Source of the DNA: Podarcis gaigeae
Taxonomy: Eukaryota
Length of the DNA: 64,000 bases
Assembly (NCBI GenBank): GCA_964106915.2
Contig: OZ066914.1
Reading direction: 5' to 3' (one strand)
Shown: piece by piece, positions 49,977-62,749 of the stretch
Position numbering within the stretch: the first letter of the stretch is position 1
How the letters are laid out: each line of letters begins with the position of its first letter
Notes under the pieces: model-generated
Told to the model about the DNA's origin: nothing
The model's input: only the letters and a program-made list of their open reading frames with translations
Databases searched by the model: none
Translations under genes and position numbers: made by a program

Positions 49977-52046
49977 GAAGCAGCAGAGACTTGAGAAGGA
50001 GGACCATGAAGATGCATCACAGACTAGAGGGCAGCTAATGTGCTATGAAGAATTTGGGGTCTGGTGGGTGAGCTAGACAAACGTTAAATAATTATTTTTG
50101 GCATGGGGTTGGGGGACTCCTGAAACTTTCCTACCTCTATGCACAGTTGGGGTTTTTTGTGTGTGTGCACATGTTGTTCTGGTTGCACTGTGGCTTTTCG
50201 GGTGACAGGGTCATGGAAAGGAAAGGTCTGTGCTTCATGTAGAAGTACATCTTGCTTTTTGTTGCATGTATGAGTTCGAAACCTGACTGTCGTCTTCCGT
50301 ATGGTTGGTGAGGGATGCTTTCAGAAGAGGTGTGTTTAAAGCAAAATGCAGAGCTGCAGTGGGGAACTACAATGCAGGTGTAATATTACTTGTGAAAGCC
50401 ACATGTTAGGACTTATCTACACTTACTTTTCCTCTGGTCTTTCCATGCACAGTCCACACTTTAAAGCTCTGTGTTCGAATGTCCTTTCCCTTTCCCTTTG
50501 GAGCTTTTCCCACAAAAACCTGCTCTTTAAAGCGTAGTCGGAGCAAATGCAATCCGTTGGAAATCTGAATTACTGTTTGTGCTGATTGAGTGTTAAAGAA
50601 TGGATTTTCAAGGAAAACTCTGGGGCAAAAAAAGAAAACAGACATGTTCAGACATGGAGCTTTTACAAGTGTGCACCTCTGCCTGGAAAGAGCAGGGCAA
50701 GAGGTAAGTGTGGATAAGACCTTAGTTGAAGGTAACTTTAAATCTTAGCTTCAGTTGCAAGCTCAGGGATGCAATTTCATGTTTGCATAGAGGTAAAGGA
50801 CCAGATAACATAATTGAGTTTAAAGCTGAGTGTGTTCATGTTCCTGTTTCAAAATGTGTTGTATTAAGAGCCGTTGGTTGCAGATAGTTTTCTTCAAAGC
50901 CTCATAATAACCAGAGAAAGAGGTGCTCCTGGAGGATAATAACATGTGATCTGAACTCTCCTCATGTACCCCTCCTCCCAAACAGCACCTGTTGTGCAAG
51001 ATGACCTTTCCATGCTGAGGTTAGGAAACATTTTCTCAGCAACTTGTATTCATCTATCTAATGTTACCACTGCCCCAACATCTTCCCAAAGGAAGATGCC
51101 TTCGCATGGTGGCAGACCAAAGAAGTGCCTCTTCCCCTCCACTATGCGCTTCAAAGAATGCTTGAGCCTGGGCCTCCAAACCAATGCCTGCTCACATGAC
51201 GAGCGCTCCTCTTTTGAAGGAGAGGAATTGTGTGGTTGTAATCTCAATGTAATCCGGTATTGGCATGAATGCCTCTGATCATAGTTCTTTGAAACCACAC
51301 TCTCTTACTCCATTACTACACAAAGGCCAATGCCACTGGGAATGTGTTACCTGGGGCAATGCCTCTTGCCTGGTGATTATCTGGCAGTGTGATTGAAAGT
51401 ATTAATTAGTTCAGTATTTGTTGTCTTGACCCACAATTGGAAGCATCGACCTTCTGTTGGTCCTTTAGCTCAGCCCTCTTAGGATGTACACCACTTCATG
51501 TGTACATATTTGTATTTATTTGTATCTTTTAATATATTTCATAAATTTATTTGGGTCAATACGTGTGGCTGTCTTTTTTCTCTCTGTTCTTCTCATTGGT
51601 TCAAATAGACAAGAAGAGCTGACTCGAAACACATTGTATGTGGATTTGTGCATTTCTCCATGGCTGCATCAGGTTAAATTTGCATGTGGTCTGAATTAAC
51701 CTCTATCATAGTGATGGGGAACCAGTCAGTGAAAATGAAGGGTAGGAAATCTGCCACTCTCCAGATGTTGCTGGACTACAACTCCCATCGTCCCTGACCA
51801 TTGGCTATGCTGGCAGGGGTTAATGGGAGCTGGAGTCCAACAATATCTGGAGAGTACACAGTTCCCATCTCTGCTCCAGCAGGTGGCATTGCGAGCCTCT
51901 ATCAGTCCAGCATATGTAAGCTTCCACATACTATAACTGGAGATGCCAGGAACTGAATCATAGATAACAGGGATAGAAATGTAGATTTAGTTATTTGGGG
52001 AATGAGCAGGCCCATCAGATTGCAGTTTATTTTGGGGTGTTTTTTT

Positions 52047-52052
52047 AATAAA
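52047..52052 (+). terminator. Candidate polyadenylation signal of the FADS1-like gene
   Basis: First AATAAA I found after the stop codon (about 2.07 kb 3' UTR), followed by GT/T-rich sequence. Confidence 0.5.
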
Positions 52053-52131
52053 AGGAGCAGTTCATGTCTTTAGAGTAAAGGTAGTTCTTTTAGTTATGGA
52101 TGCTGCCCGGCTGTTTACCATTACCTTATGG

Positions 52132-53069
52132 CAGTGTTTTTCAACCACTGTTCCGCGGCACACTAGTGTGCCGTGAGATGTTGCCTGGTGTGCCGTGGGA
52201 AAAATTGAAAATTTGAATTTTTTTTTTAAAAAAAATGTCAAATTTTCGCCCACTAGGCAGGCGCCGGACCACGCACTTGTTGCCTCCAGGGCTCGTGCTG
52301 CCCGCTGGCCCGGCTCTCGGCGGCGCCCGAGGCACCCAGACCCGCCGCCTCTGGGCCGGCGCCGCTGCCACCCGCCCGGCCGCCATGGTCCCGCTGGGGG
52401 AGAGCACGGCCGAGCACGGCCCAGGCCACCCTGGGCGGGGAGGCCGCCGCCGCCGAGGCCGGGGCTGCTGCCGGCGCGCCCTCTGCTGTCTCTGGGGCTG
52501 CTGCAGCTGATCCTGGGCTGCTGCCTGGTGGTGCTCAGCTTTGGGGCGCTGTCCCTCAGCAGCTCCCCGCAAGTGAAGAACTCCTGCCCCTTCTGGGCCG
52601 GCTCCTCAGTAAGTGCGCCTGGCCCAGCGCCTCTGGGGCCGCCCAGAGCCGGGCAGTCTGTGGCCGGGAAAAGGCCTGCTCTTGACATTCCCCTCAGAGG
52701 CGAGCTTCCTTTGTTGACCCCGATTGTTTCCTTTCGGTTCTCCGCCAGTGAGTGTTCGCCCTCCAATGGCAGGAGCGCCCGGCCCTTAGCGAGAGGCTAA
52801 GGGTTTCTTGTTCACCTCTAGACCAGAAGAGGTAGAAAATGAAAGTTTTTTTGGAAAATTTTGATATTATGTCTCATCATACAGCTCAGGACCAGGGTAG
52901 TCTCTTATACACCCAGGAGATTACTGTGGTCTGTAAAGTAATTATTACTTTATATATAGTCAATATAGGCACAGAGTTAAATTTTTAAACATTTTCTAAT
53001 GGTGGTGTGCCTCGTGATTTTTTTCATGAAACAAGTGTGCCTTTGCCCAAAAAAGGTTGAAAAACACTG
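52132..53069 (+). mobile_element. Non-autonomous hAT (Charlie-like) element carrying a captured ENTREP1 exon
   Basis: Perfect 15-bp TIR CAGTGTTTTTCAACC/GGTTGAAAAACACTG; perfect 8-bp TSD CCTTATGG (52124-52131, 53070-53077). Confidence 0.93.
52246..52820 (+). pseudogene. ENTREP1: Captured ENTREP1/FAM189A2 5' exon (ends 52608) plus start of the following intron
   Basis: PLLSLGLLQLILGCCLVVLSFGALSLSSSPQVKNSCPFWAGSS|GTAAGT is the FAM189/ENTREP family first TM segment, closest to FAM189A2 as recalled. No later exons recognised in the window. Confidence 0.8.
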
Positions 53070-53160
53070 CCTTATGGAATCGTACAGCACCAAGTGACTC
53101 ATTAGTCAAATGCATCTGTCTAAACATTCCACCAGAGGGAGTTCTTTCCTCTTGCATTCC

Positions 53161-53194
<34 letters not shown>

Positions 53195-53461
53195 CGAAAG
53201 GTTGTATCCACCTTCCTTGCTCAGTGACTCAAATAAGTATGGGAAGTACATCCTTGGCCACACTTTTTGTGCCAGGCCTGAGCTTGGTGCCCCTTCAGAA
53301 TTTTCAGACTGCAGTGCTCTGTGGGTAAAACCACACAAAGCAGAATTCCCCCATTTATATAGTTCTTAAAGAGAGAGGGGATGGACAGGACTGTCTTGCT
53401 TTTGGTCCTTGGACCTGTGTAACTACCCAGCCAAACTGACAAACTCACACTTAGAATCAAA

Positions 53462-53612
53462 GAGTCATAGAACTGTAGAGTTGGAAAGGACCCTGAGGGT
53501 CATATATTCCAGCTCCCTGCAATGCAGGAATCCCAACTAAAGCATCCATGACAGATGGCCATCCAACCTCTGCCTAAAAATCTCCAGAGAAGGAAGTCCA
53601 CCACCTTCCAAC
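53462..53612 (-). mobile_element. CR1 3' tail (related tails at ~18100, ~32850, ~43000, ~43610, ~57850, ~58765)
   Basis: catagaa..gagttggaagggacc...tccaacc motif repeated across the window. Confidence 0.65.
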
Positions 53613-54434
53613 TCCAGCTTCCCACAGCCAGCGGAGAAGGATGGTGGGAGCTGGAGTCCAACTTCATCTGAAGGGGCACAGAGATGCTACAAGTTATATT
53701 TTTGGCATTTCTCACACCTCTCTTTAAATTCTTCATTGATGGTTTCACCATTTCTTTTTCCTAAAACGCAACACACACCCTGCACCAAATCCCCTTCTTC
53801 CAGCCAAAATACATTTTGGAGACCAACATAGTATGTTCCAGAGGAGGCATATGGTTGGCTGGAGTCCCTAAGTTAGTGGAACTCAAGTCCCATCGATTAC
53901 AATGGGAACCATGCCATTACTGATCTGTCTCCTTCATTTCAACAAGAAACAAGTTAGCCTGCATCCAACCCATTATCTGAAACATACTATACACTGTGGA
54001 ACATCAGTCCGCAACTCACTTACCCATATTCCCCTTAAACCAAAACTCAGAAAAATGAAGGGAGAAAAAAAGCAGAAGGAAGCAGGGAATGAAAAGGAGA
54101 AAACACATTGCAAGGGACTAACACTGCTAATACACCATACATTTAAAGCATACATACCCAACTTTTCTCATACCAGCTGGTTGTTTTATAATTTATTTTA
54201 TCTTTATTTTCAACATTTTTATACTGCCTGTTGACCATAAGTGCTCTGGATGGTGTACACTTGATTTTTAAGACAACAATAACACAGACATAAAATATAA
54301 AAGTACGGCATGAACATAAAATCAAGCACCAATTAAAACATCAGAATAAAACCTGTAGTGTCCAAGGTCTAAACACAAACTTATTTTCTAACTGAAAAGC
54401 ATGTTAATCCACAGCCTATTTGCTAAGGGGAAGA

Positions 54435-55060
54435 TCAATAACCCCATAGCACCACCTTCTGCAATCGACCATCAGAGTCGGAGGGGAACCACTCCAACAT
54501 GGTACTTCCCAGTTTCCAACCAGGCAGCCTACCCTGAAGGATGCCATCATCTGTGATATTGAGAGCTTCAAGTGAATCAACAGGGCTGCACTTTCCTCTC
54601 CCTCGCTTGGCAGAGGTCATCTTACAGACTGGCCAAGGCAGCTTCCACTCCGAAACCAGGGCTGAATTAGAAAAGCAGCGGGGAAACCATGGCCCACAGG
54701 CCTCATTAGGCCCACCTGGCCTCCCCATTTGGCCTGCAAGTCATGTCCATCTGCCCTGCACGTGACCATCGCCCATAGCCTCAGGTGTGGGGCAGGTGAT
54801 GGTGCAGCTGGGCCAAAGCGGGATTTGCAGGCAGTGCCACCTGGATCCAGTTGCTCACCGTGCTCTAGAAAATCATTTCGTTCAAGAGTGTATAGATGGC
54901 AATCATTTCCTCAGGCACATTTCTCAGGAACTGGGTATTGGCCAACTAGCTTTGAGTCACCTGCATCTTCTGAGCTCATTTCTACAGAAACTGTCTTGAT
55001 TACAACCACCTTGAAGGAGGCTGGCACCATTTCTTTCCTCGACAGTTTGTGAATAATTTG
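54435..55060 (-). mobile_element. Degenerate L2 LINE RT fragment
   Basis: SFLQGGCNQ/VVIK-like and QKVVL remnants similar to 18900-20140. Confidence 0.5.
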
Positions 55061-56534
55061 ATCTGAAGAGATTTATTGCTGCAGTTGCTGGAATGTTTGT
55101 GATATCACAGCTTCTGTCAATGCAGAGGCATCACTGTCAATGCTTTTAACGTGTTTCATCATGTTGCAATAAAGAGAATAGACACCAGTGTAATTCTGCA
55201 GCAAAGTTAGCCATCAGCATGTATGGTTTCGTTTAATTTACAATTCTCAGTAGTTGAAGAATATGCATGATGCCACTTTCTCACTTGTGGCACATAGATG
55301 TGATGACAACATCAAAAAAGACAGATCTAATTATCTCAGTATCTATCTATTTTAATTTCACAAGTTCTTCCTAGAAAGCAATTTACATGAATTATAAAGC
55401 ATGACGTGTGAATTACAATTACATTTGTGTCTCCAGGAAAAAACTGGTTTTTTTCCCACCACAGCTACCATTTTGGGAGGTACTGCAAATAGGAGTGTGT
55501 AAGAATTATTTTCGCTTATTTAAAAAGTTTGTTTACTCATATGTTGTAAATTTGGACCTATTTGCTTAGTTGCTAATGTGGATCTTGTTCATTTCTGTAA
55601 CTACCGTTCATTTTCATTTCCCACTGGCTTTCCTGGGAAACCCAGAGAGTCTTCTGCTGACTACAACTGCTGTTTTTCCATCCAGCCACCAAATTTTTGG
55701 ACATTCTATCCTTCAAGTTATTAGCCCTGTCAAATTTCAGACAGGGTAGAGAACCTCCAATTCTGAGGCAATTAAAAAAGAGGTACGCTTCCTGTGGTCT
55801 TTCCGCTCATTTCAGCAGGAGATCCAGCTGCTCCTCTCCAGCTCATAGCTTCTGTGTTTCTCCAGTGAATCAGTATCAAATTTTAGATAGATAGGATAAA
55901 GAGGGCATGTGTGGCTCTCAATGCAAAGTAGGTTGTAGGTCAGCACTGGCCTACATTTTCAGACTGGGAATCATTTGCACATGAAGCAAAAGAAAAGTCT
56001 GTTCGATCAATGGTCCAGGTAGTTCAGCATCCTGTTCTTATTGTGGCCAAACAGATGCCTCTGCAACAGCACTCTGCTCACCTGCGATTCCAGCAACTCG
56101 TATTTTGAAGCATACTGCTTCTTTTTGCTTGCTAGCTTGCTTGATTTTTAATAACTATTGATTGATTGATCATAGGAATTATAAATGATATAAATAAAGA
56201 GACCAAGTCGTCTCCTGCCATTTGTGTATCACAAAAATAGCATCCTAAATTTGCAGTAATATCTACAACATATGGTTCATTATTTGTGGTCAGTGTTTTA
56301 AGTTCTTGGTTCATTAATTGGTTTTAACAAAAACAAAGGGGAAACAGGATAGAACAGAGTTAATAGATAACATTCAACATCACGTAGCTAAATGCCTAAT
56401 CAGGAGCCCTTGTGGTTGTGCTTAGATTAAATGAGTAATAATCATTTTTTCCTCTTAGGTTACCAATCAAACAATATAAAGTGTTGGTATATTTATAAAT
56501 GTGGGAAAGGGGCTTCAAAGGGAATATAATAAGT

Positions 56535-57845
56535 TATGTTAACTGTTAACTGAAGTTAACTGATGGTGCTGCAAAATTGTTATGCTCTTGAAGTACTTCT
56601 GTTCCCGTGTTCAGCAGGCCACGTGTCATAATCATTAAATCATCTGCAGATAGTCTGATTGTATAGTTTTGTTTCCTAATTAGGACTCTCCTGATGTGTG
56701 ATGGTGTTCTGATGCATACTGTAATTACTCCAAAATATCTAAGCTTTGTGTGACAGAATTTAATGCGTGTGAGTTCTGTGGATGCTTTTTGGATCTTGGA
56801 TGGTACTGTATATTGAAGAATACAGCTTCAGATTTTGAGAAGTTAACTTTTTGGATCTTGGATGGTATATTGAAGAATAAAGCTTCAGATTTTGAGAAGT
56901 TAACTTGCAGTTAACTATTAACTGAAGTTAACTGATGGTGTTGCAAAATTGTTATGCTCTTGAAGTACTTCTGTTCCCGTGTTCAGCAGGCCACGTGTCA
57001 TAATCATTAAATCATCTGCAGATAGTCTGATTGTAAAGTTTTGTTTTCTAATTAGGACTCTCCTGATGTGTGATGGTGTTCTGATGCATAGTATAGCTAA
57101 TTGTTCTAAAGCTAGGATGAACAAAAGTGGACAGCCTTGCCTTGTCTCCCATCGAATCCCCACCGGGGATGAATTTATATTGTTTATTCTTACTGTGGCA
57201 GAAGCTTCAGACTATATTTGTTTCAAAATCCGTATGAATTTGGGGGCAAATTGCATTTTAGGACTGCCAGCAAGTAGTCCCATCCCAGGCAGTCAAAGGC
57301 CTTGAGGAAATCTACTTCCTGTTTACTATGTTTGATTGTATTTAAAAGTTTTATGATTGGTTCAGGGATGTTTCTTTGAGTGGTGCCATGATTTGGGAAG
57401 GGGTGCTCCTCTCATTAGGTCTTTAAATAGGTGGGACATATGTGGTAATAAAGTTTCTTTGAATTATTTCAAAAACTCAGAGGTGAAGCCATCAAGTCCT
57501 GGGGCTTTATGTGGTTTCAATTTTTAAGAACACTGTCAATTTCTTACAGGGAAATGGGGGTATCTAGGAAGGATTTCTCATCATGAGTTAGTGATGGTAT
57601 AGGTAAGTTTCTAAGAATTTGTGGATATCTTTTCTTTATTTGGAGATTGCAAGGTATATAATTTAGACTAAAAGGAGGCAAATTCTGAGCAGATGTCTTT
57701 TGGAGAGAACATTTTAGTGCCATTGCTTTTTTTGAATATTGTGTACCTTTGATTTAGATTTAACTTTGTAAATCTGTTTGCCAAAAGTCTAGACGTTTTT
57801 ACCCCAATATTCATTAAATGTGTTGTTTCATGTATGAGGTTGACC
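56535..57845 (-). mobile_element. L1-clade LINE reverse transcriptase fragment with internal duplications
   Basis: TRQGCPL..LFILALEQLA, LSADDL, KAPGLDGFT motifs on the minus strand. Confidence 0.8.
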
Positions 57846-59137
57846 ATAAAATCATAGAGTTGGAAGGGTACCAAGGGTCATCTAGTCCAACCCCCTGCAA
57901 TGCAGGAATCTCAGCTAAAGCATCCATGACAGATGGCCAGCCAACCTCTTTTTAAAAACCCTCAAGAGCAGAAGTGATGCAGGTGGACACAGTGTCGGAG
58001 AACTACAGATGCCACTTTGAGACCCTGGGATATAAACGTTGTTGTTTTTTAAAAAAAAACAAAAAACAAAAAAATACAGTGATTCATTCATCACCATTTT
58101 TAATTTCCCCATGAGATGGAAGGGTTAGGTTTGCTATATTACATGGGATGCATTTGATGTTTTATTGTGTGTTTAATATTCTGTTGGGAGCCGCCCAGAG
58201 TGGCTGGGAAAACCCAGACAGATAGGAGGGGTATAAATAAATAAATTATTGTAATTATTTTTACTCCAGTGTTTGATTGTTTCCTTTGAAGGTATACCTC
58301 ATGGACACCCACCCCCCTCCATCAATCTGCTTATCAACACCCAACAACATAATGATGCAACAGTAGCTCCCTTGGCATAGGCATGATAAAATTACCATGC
58401 ATACATTAATTCACATTATTTATGTAGCTAATGTAGTCTAGTTAGGTGCCATCTAGGCTACTACCTGGTATTTTTATAGGGCTTCTGAGTGGCTCCTGCA
58501 ACTCTTACAGAACCTGGCACGCATAAATACAGAGATACTATAAATGTGCTTAGACATCAGCTTTAATAAACCTTCTTAAGCATGATCTCTTTTAACTTAG
58601 CTTCAATTTCTCCCTCAGGATTATGAGTTTGTTTATAATACTCCAGTCCAGACTTCCCTGGGCCAAAATGTATCCCTTTCTCCTCTCCTTGGCTTGGCAC
58701 CTGCCAGAGACTTTGCCCTCAAACTGCTCTGACCCTGTGGCATAATATTGGACATAATCTTTTCATAGAATTATGGAATTGCAGTTGGAAGGGACCTTGA
58801 AGGTCATCAAGTCCAATCCCCTGTAATGCAAGGAATTTCAACTAAAACATCCATGACAGATGGCATCCAACCTCTGCTTAAAAACCTTAAAAACAGTCTG
58901 TTCCACTGTCAAACAGCAAGGCTGTGGAAGAATTTGTTGGACCTTACATTCTTGGTGGAACTTGAGTTCAACAGATATGGAGGTATTTGAAGTCCCCCGT
59001 GACTACTATAAGCCTTCCTTTTGAATGTTTGGTAATCTGCCCTGGGAAGGCATCACCCAAGTCTTCACTCTGGCATCGAGGTCTACACCGCAGCAAGGTC
59101 ACTGTTGTTTTCCTTTCCTACAATTTTTACTTATATA

Positions 59138-59282
59138 CCGTACTTTTCTGTCTATAAGGTGCACCCATATATAAGAAACCCCCTATTTTGGGGGGGCGGG
59201 GGGAGATGGCACAGACTTGTTGAGCTTTTTTTAGGGTGGGTTGCCGAAAATCACTCATAGTCTTATACACAGAAGAGTACGG
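59138..59282. mobile_element. TcMar (Tc2-like) MITE
   Basis: CCGTACTTTTCTGTCTATAAG ... CTTATACACAGAAGAGTACGG inverted ends, TA flanks. Confidence 0.75.
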
Positions 59283-60169
59283 TACTCTCAATCTGCCTTC
59301 CATGCTCCAAGTCATTACACGTCCTTTACATATAATGCTACTCATTATATATACTCATTTATGTACACATCTATACGATCATATTTGCCATCCTATATTA
59401 AGAGCTCAAATTCATCTTTCTTATTTGCATGTTAGTTTGTTTTGTAAACATAAGTAAATCTTATTTGACAGAGCCAGTTGCTCAAGTTCTACAATATGTG
59501 ATGACAGATCAGAATCATCCCACATATGCAAAAGTTGCTGGAAACAATGCAGGGAAGCTAGTGGATTAAAATGTCTGCGTAATAATAAGTTTTAAGAAAT
59601 TGGTAGGCAAAGATGTAGGTGTACAAGACCTATACAAATTGTATAATAGATAGACTAAGCCTGTACTACCAACCACAACTCAAAGCAGGTAATCTGGTGA
59701 AGTCTCAATGGAAGCTCAGTTCAGTGATTAAAACCAGCCTGCTAAAGCTACAATGAATCTTAGTTGCATCATGCTCAAGTATAAAACTTGAATGCCCGTG
59801 TTAATTTCATCCAGGAGCACTACAAGTTTAAAAGGTTTGGGGGTAAATCTGTGCTTGGTTTGAGTTGTGGGCATGAAGACGTACCAAAGATACACCAATT
59901 ATTGTGTGAAATATTCAATGTGAACCTAACAGAGCCATATCATATTATCCCTGCTGTAAAAATGGCCTTCCTTCTAGAAGATTATGCCTTCTAGAATCTC
60001 GCCCTAACCTAACAGCAGCAATCTTTTAGCACTCTGCAAAGTTAGTCTTATGTTTGACAATGAGCAAGGATCAATTGTCTTACTTGGCCACCCCACCTCA
60101 TTGCTCAGTCTAAACCACAGATCATGTTTGAGCAAGTCCCAATACAGTTCCTTGTGTGCCACCAATGTG

Positions 60170-60330
60170 AGAGCTACCCATTTATTTCTACACTATTTCT
60201 CTTCTTTAACCAGTTACTGATCCGTAGAAGAAACTCTCTTCTTATCCCATGACTGCTAAGTTTGCTCAGAAGTTTTTGGTGAGAAACTGTGTCAACAGCT
60301 TTTTGAAATTCCAAAGTACACAATGTCTCC
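60170..60330 (-). mobile_element. CR1 LINE RT fragment
   Basis: LEFQKAVDTVSHQKLLSKLSSHGIR...ISNWLK. Confidence 0.7.
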
Positions 60331-61119
60331 TGGATCACAATGTAAAGCTGTAAAGAACATTCTCCACTAAGCAGTGGAAGCAGAAATTGCAGAGGAAACT
60401 TAGCTGTCCGAATACAGTGTGCCTCACACATGTGCATGTTGGATAGAATTGCATTCCTATGTTTTACTGTAACTCTTGGAATAAGTTAACAAACAGAAAT
60501 GTGTCTTGGCCACTTGGGCCGCCTCCTCAACTAGCTTCCCTCAGTTAAGAGTGCTGCTGGATGCTGGTTCATCCCAAATGTACATGACCTTTGGAGAGCA
60601 GGGGACACAGATCTGGTCAGGTCAAGGAGAGACTAGGACTACCGTTCTCCTTGTGAAGGGGAGAAATGCAGAATGCTTGAAATAGGGAATTGCTAAGCTT
60701 TACTGGCTGAATCACTACTGGCAGAGATCACACCTAGAGAGGAAGCTTCGTGTGACCCTAGAACCTTGGACCTGGCTTAGCAATTCCTATTGGCTTGGAG
60801 CTGGAGAGCTGAAGAAGCCGCTCTGTTACCACTAGCTTGTTGGAGTACCTTATTGCAGCGCACCCCAGTTGCTGCTGCAGCCTCTCTGCTGGAAGAAGAT
60901 ATTGCAACGCTCTCAAATTCTGTGTCCTGAAGAAGCCCTTTCATTGGCTGCATCACCAAACTGTGAGTAAGCCCTAAGGGCATATACTTTCTTTGGCATG
61001 GTGGGGCCCTGGGAGAAGATGGACATGATGAACAAAAAATATTTTTATACTGTTCCCTATATCTCATTGAACTGCTGTTTGCTGAATAAATATAATTGAT
61101 TGTGCATATTGTAGGGTGG

Positions 61120-61187
<68 letters not shown>
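61120..61187. repeat. Compound (GT)n(GA)n microsatellite
   Basis: Direct reading. Confidence 0.95.
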
Positions 61188-61190
<3 letters not shown>

Positions 61191-61984
61191 GAGGGAAGGC
61201 TGCTACTTAGATATCCAAATTGGAGTCCCAGGTTTCCTGAAAGGGGGCCTGAGCCAGAACTTAATATAAGGAGGATATCCCCTAGACACTGAACCCTGCC
61301 CTGGGGTGCTGACCCAAGTGTTGCAACCACATGCTCACTGCCACTGTCAAATAGCTCTAAAATGTTCGTGAAACAAGGCCTCCTTTGCAGAAGCCATGTT
61401 GATTCTTCTTCATCATCCTCTTGGATTTGGTCTGCAATACATAGTCTAGTTCGGCTTCTGTTAATGTGGTTTTGCGTAACCACCAAAGCTTGCTGGAGAG
61501 AACAATTCTTACATCTCACACCAGGTCCTGGGTTCCACTATTCCTTCTGGTTGATATCAAGACCAACCCTTCTAGGACACAGTCATTTAGTGTATCTAGC
61601 AATGTCGCCTTTATCAAGATACTTTTTGCTGTGAGCAACAGGATTTTCAATGGTTTTTTGAAGTCCATGTGTGAGTCAGTCTACCAAAATCTGGTGTTCT
61701 AGCATTATAGCATGCAGTTGTCTGTTTTTGTCAAAAATGGAAGGGGAAGGGAGTAAGACCGGCATGTCTTGAGGTGAAATGGGAAGTGCTGTCCCGTCAG
61801 CACCCAGCCCTGTCATTGGCACAGTCCTGGTGGAGAGGTGGCACTGGCACCAATTTCTGATGAGATCCTACAAAATCTCACCAAAATCCCGCAAGATCTC
61901 ACAAGATATCAGCAAGATCTAGCCAGAAAATAGTGCCAGTGCCAGATACCTATTTTGAGGGATCAAGGTGCTAGCAGTAATATA

Positions 61985-62302
61985 AGGTAAAGGTACCCCT
62001 GCCCGTATGGGCCAGTCTGGACAGACTCTACGGTTGTGCGCTCATCTCACTCTAGAGGCCGGGAGCCAGCGCTGTCCGCAGACACTTCCGGGTCACCTGG
62101 CCAGCATGACGAAGCTGCTCTGGCGAACCGGCACCAGAGCAGCACACGGAAACGCCATTTACCTTCCCACTATAAAGCGGTACCTATTTATCTACTTGCA
62201 CTTAAGGGTGCTTTCGAACTGCTAGGTGGGCAGGAGCTGGGACCGAATGATGGGAGCTCACCCCGCCGCGGGGATTCGAACCGCCGACCATGCGATCGGC
62301 AA
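61985..62302 (-). mobile_element. Sauria SINE, 5' truncated
   Basis: Tail aaggtaaaggtacccc; TSD about cagtaatata. Confidence 0.88.
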
Positions 62303-62749
62303 ACAGTAATATATAAAGCCCTTAATGGCTTGGGACCTTTCTCCATATCAAACAGTCTAAGTCCTGACATTATTGTAGAACCCAAGCCGGGGTATGTCCC
62401 AATTGTGCAGATGATGTATGGTGAAGATTAATTTGTTCTCCCAAGCTTTCAGAGTCCCTGTTTAATATAATTCAATTGTTTTACCAGTCCCTGGTCTGTC
62501 TTTGTTTTATACTGATAGCTATTGTGGTGGGAGCACTGATTCATGATTCATCATTCTGTGATACCATCTAAGGGCACTTCTAGACTGTCACTATTTTAGG
62601 TCGGGATTCAGTCACCTACTGGAAAATTCAGGTTGATCAATTAAAGTTGATTTGGAGTTCTTGAACAACAAACTCGTTTTTTCATAAAAGTGGTAAGGAA
62701 AGTGACAGAAATGCAATGGAAAGTGTGGGATAACATCGATTGATGCAAC

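Noticed and set aside
52195-52800. 201-aa ORF as the genuine start of an ENTREP1 gene next to FADS
   Set aside because: It is enclosed by perfect hAT TIRs and a TSD, begins in the transposon arm, and no later ENTREP exons were recognised in the following 11 kb. Treated as captured cargo.
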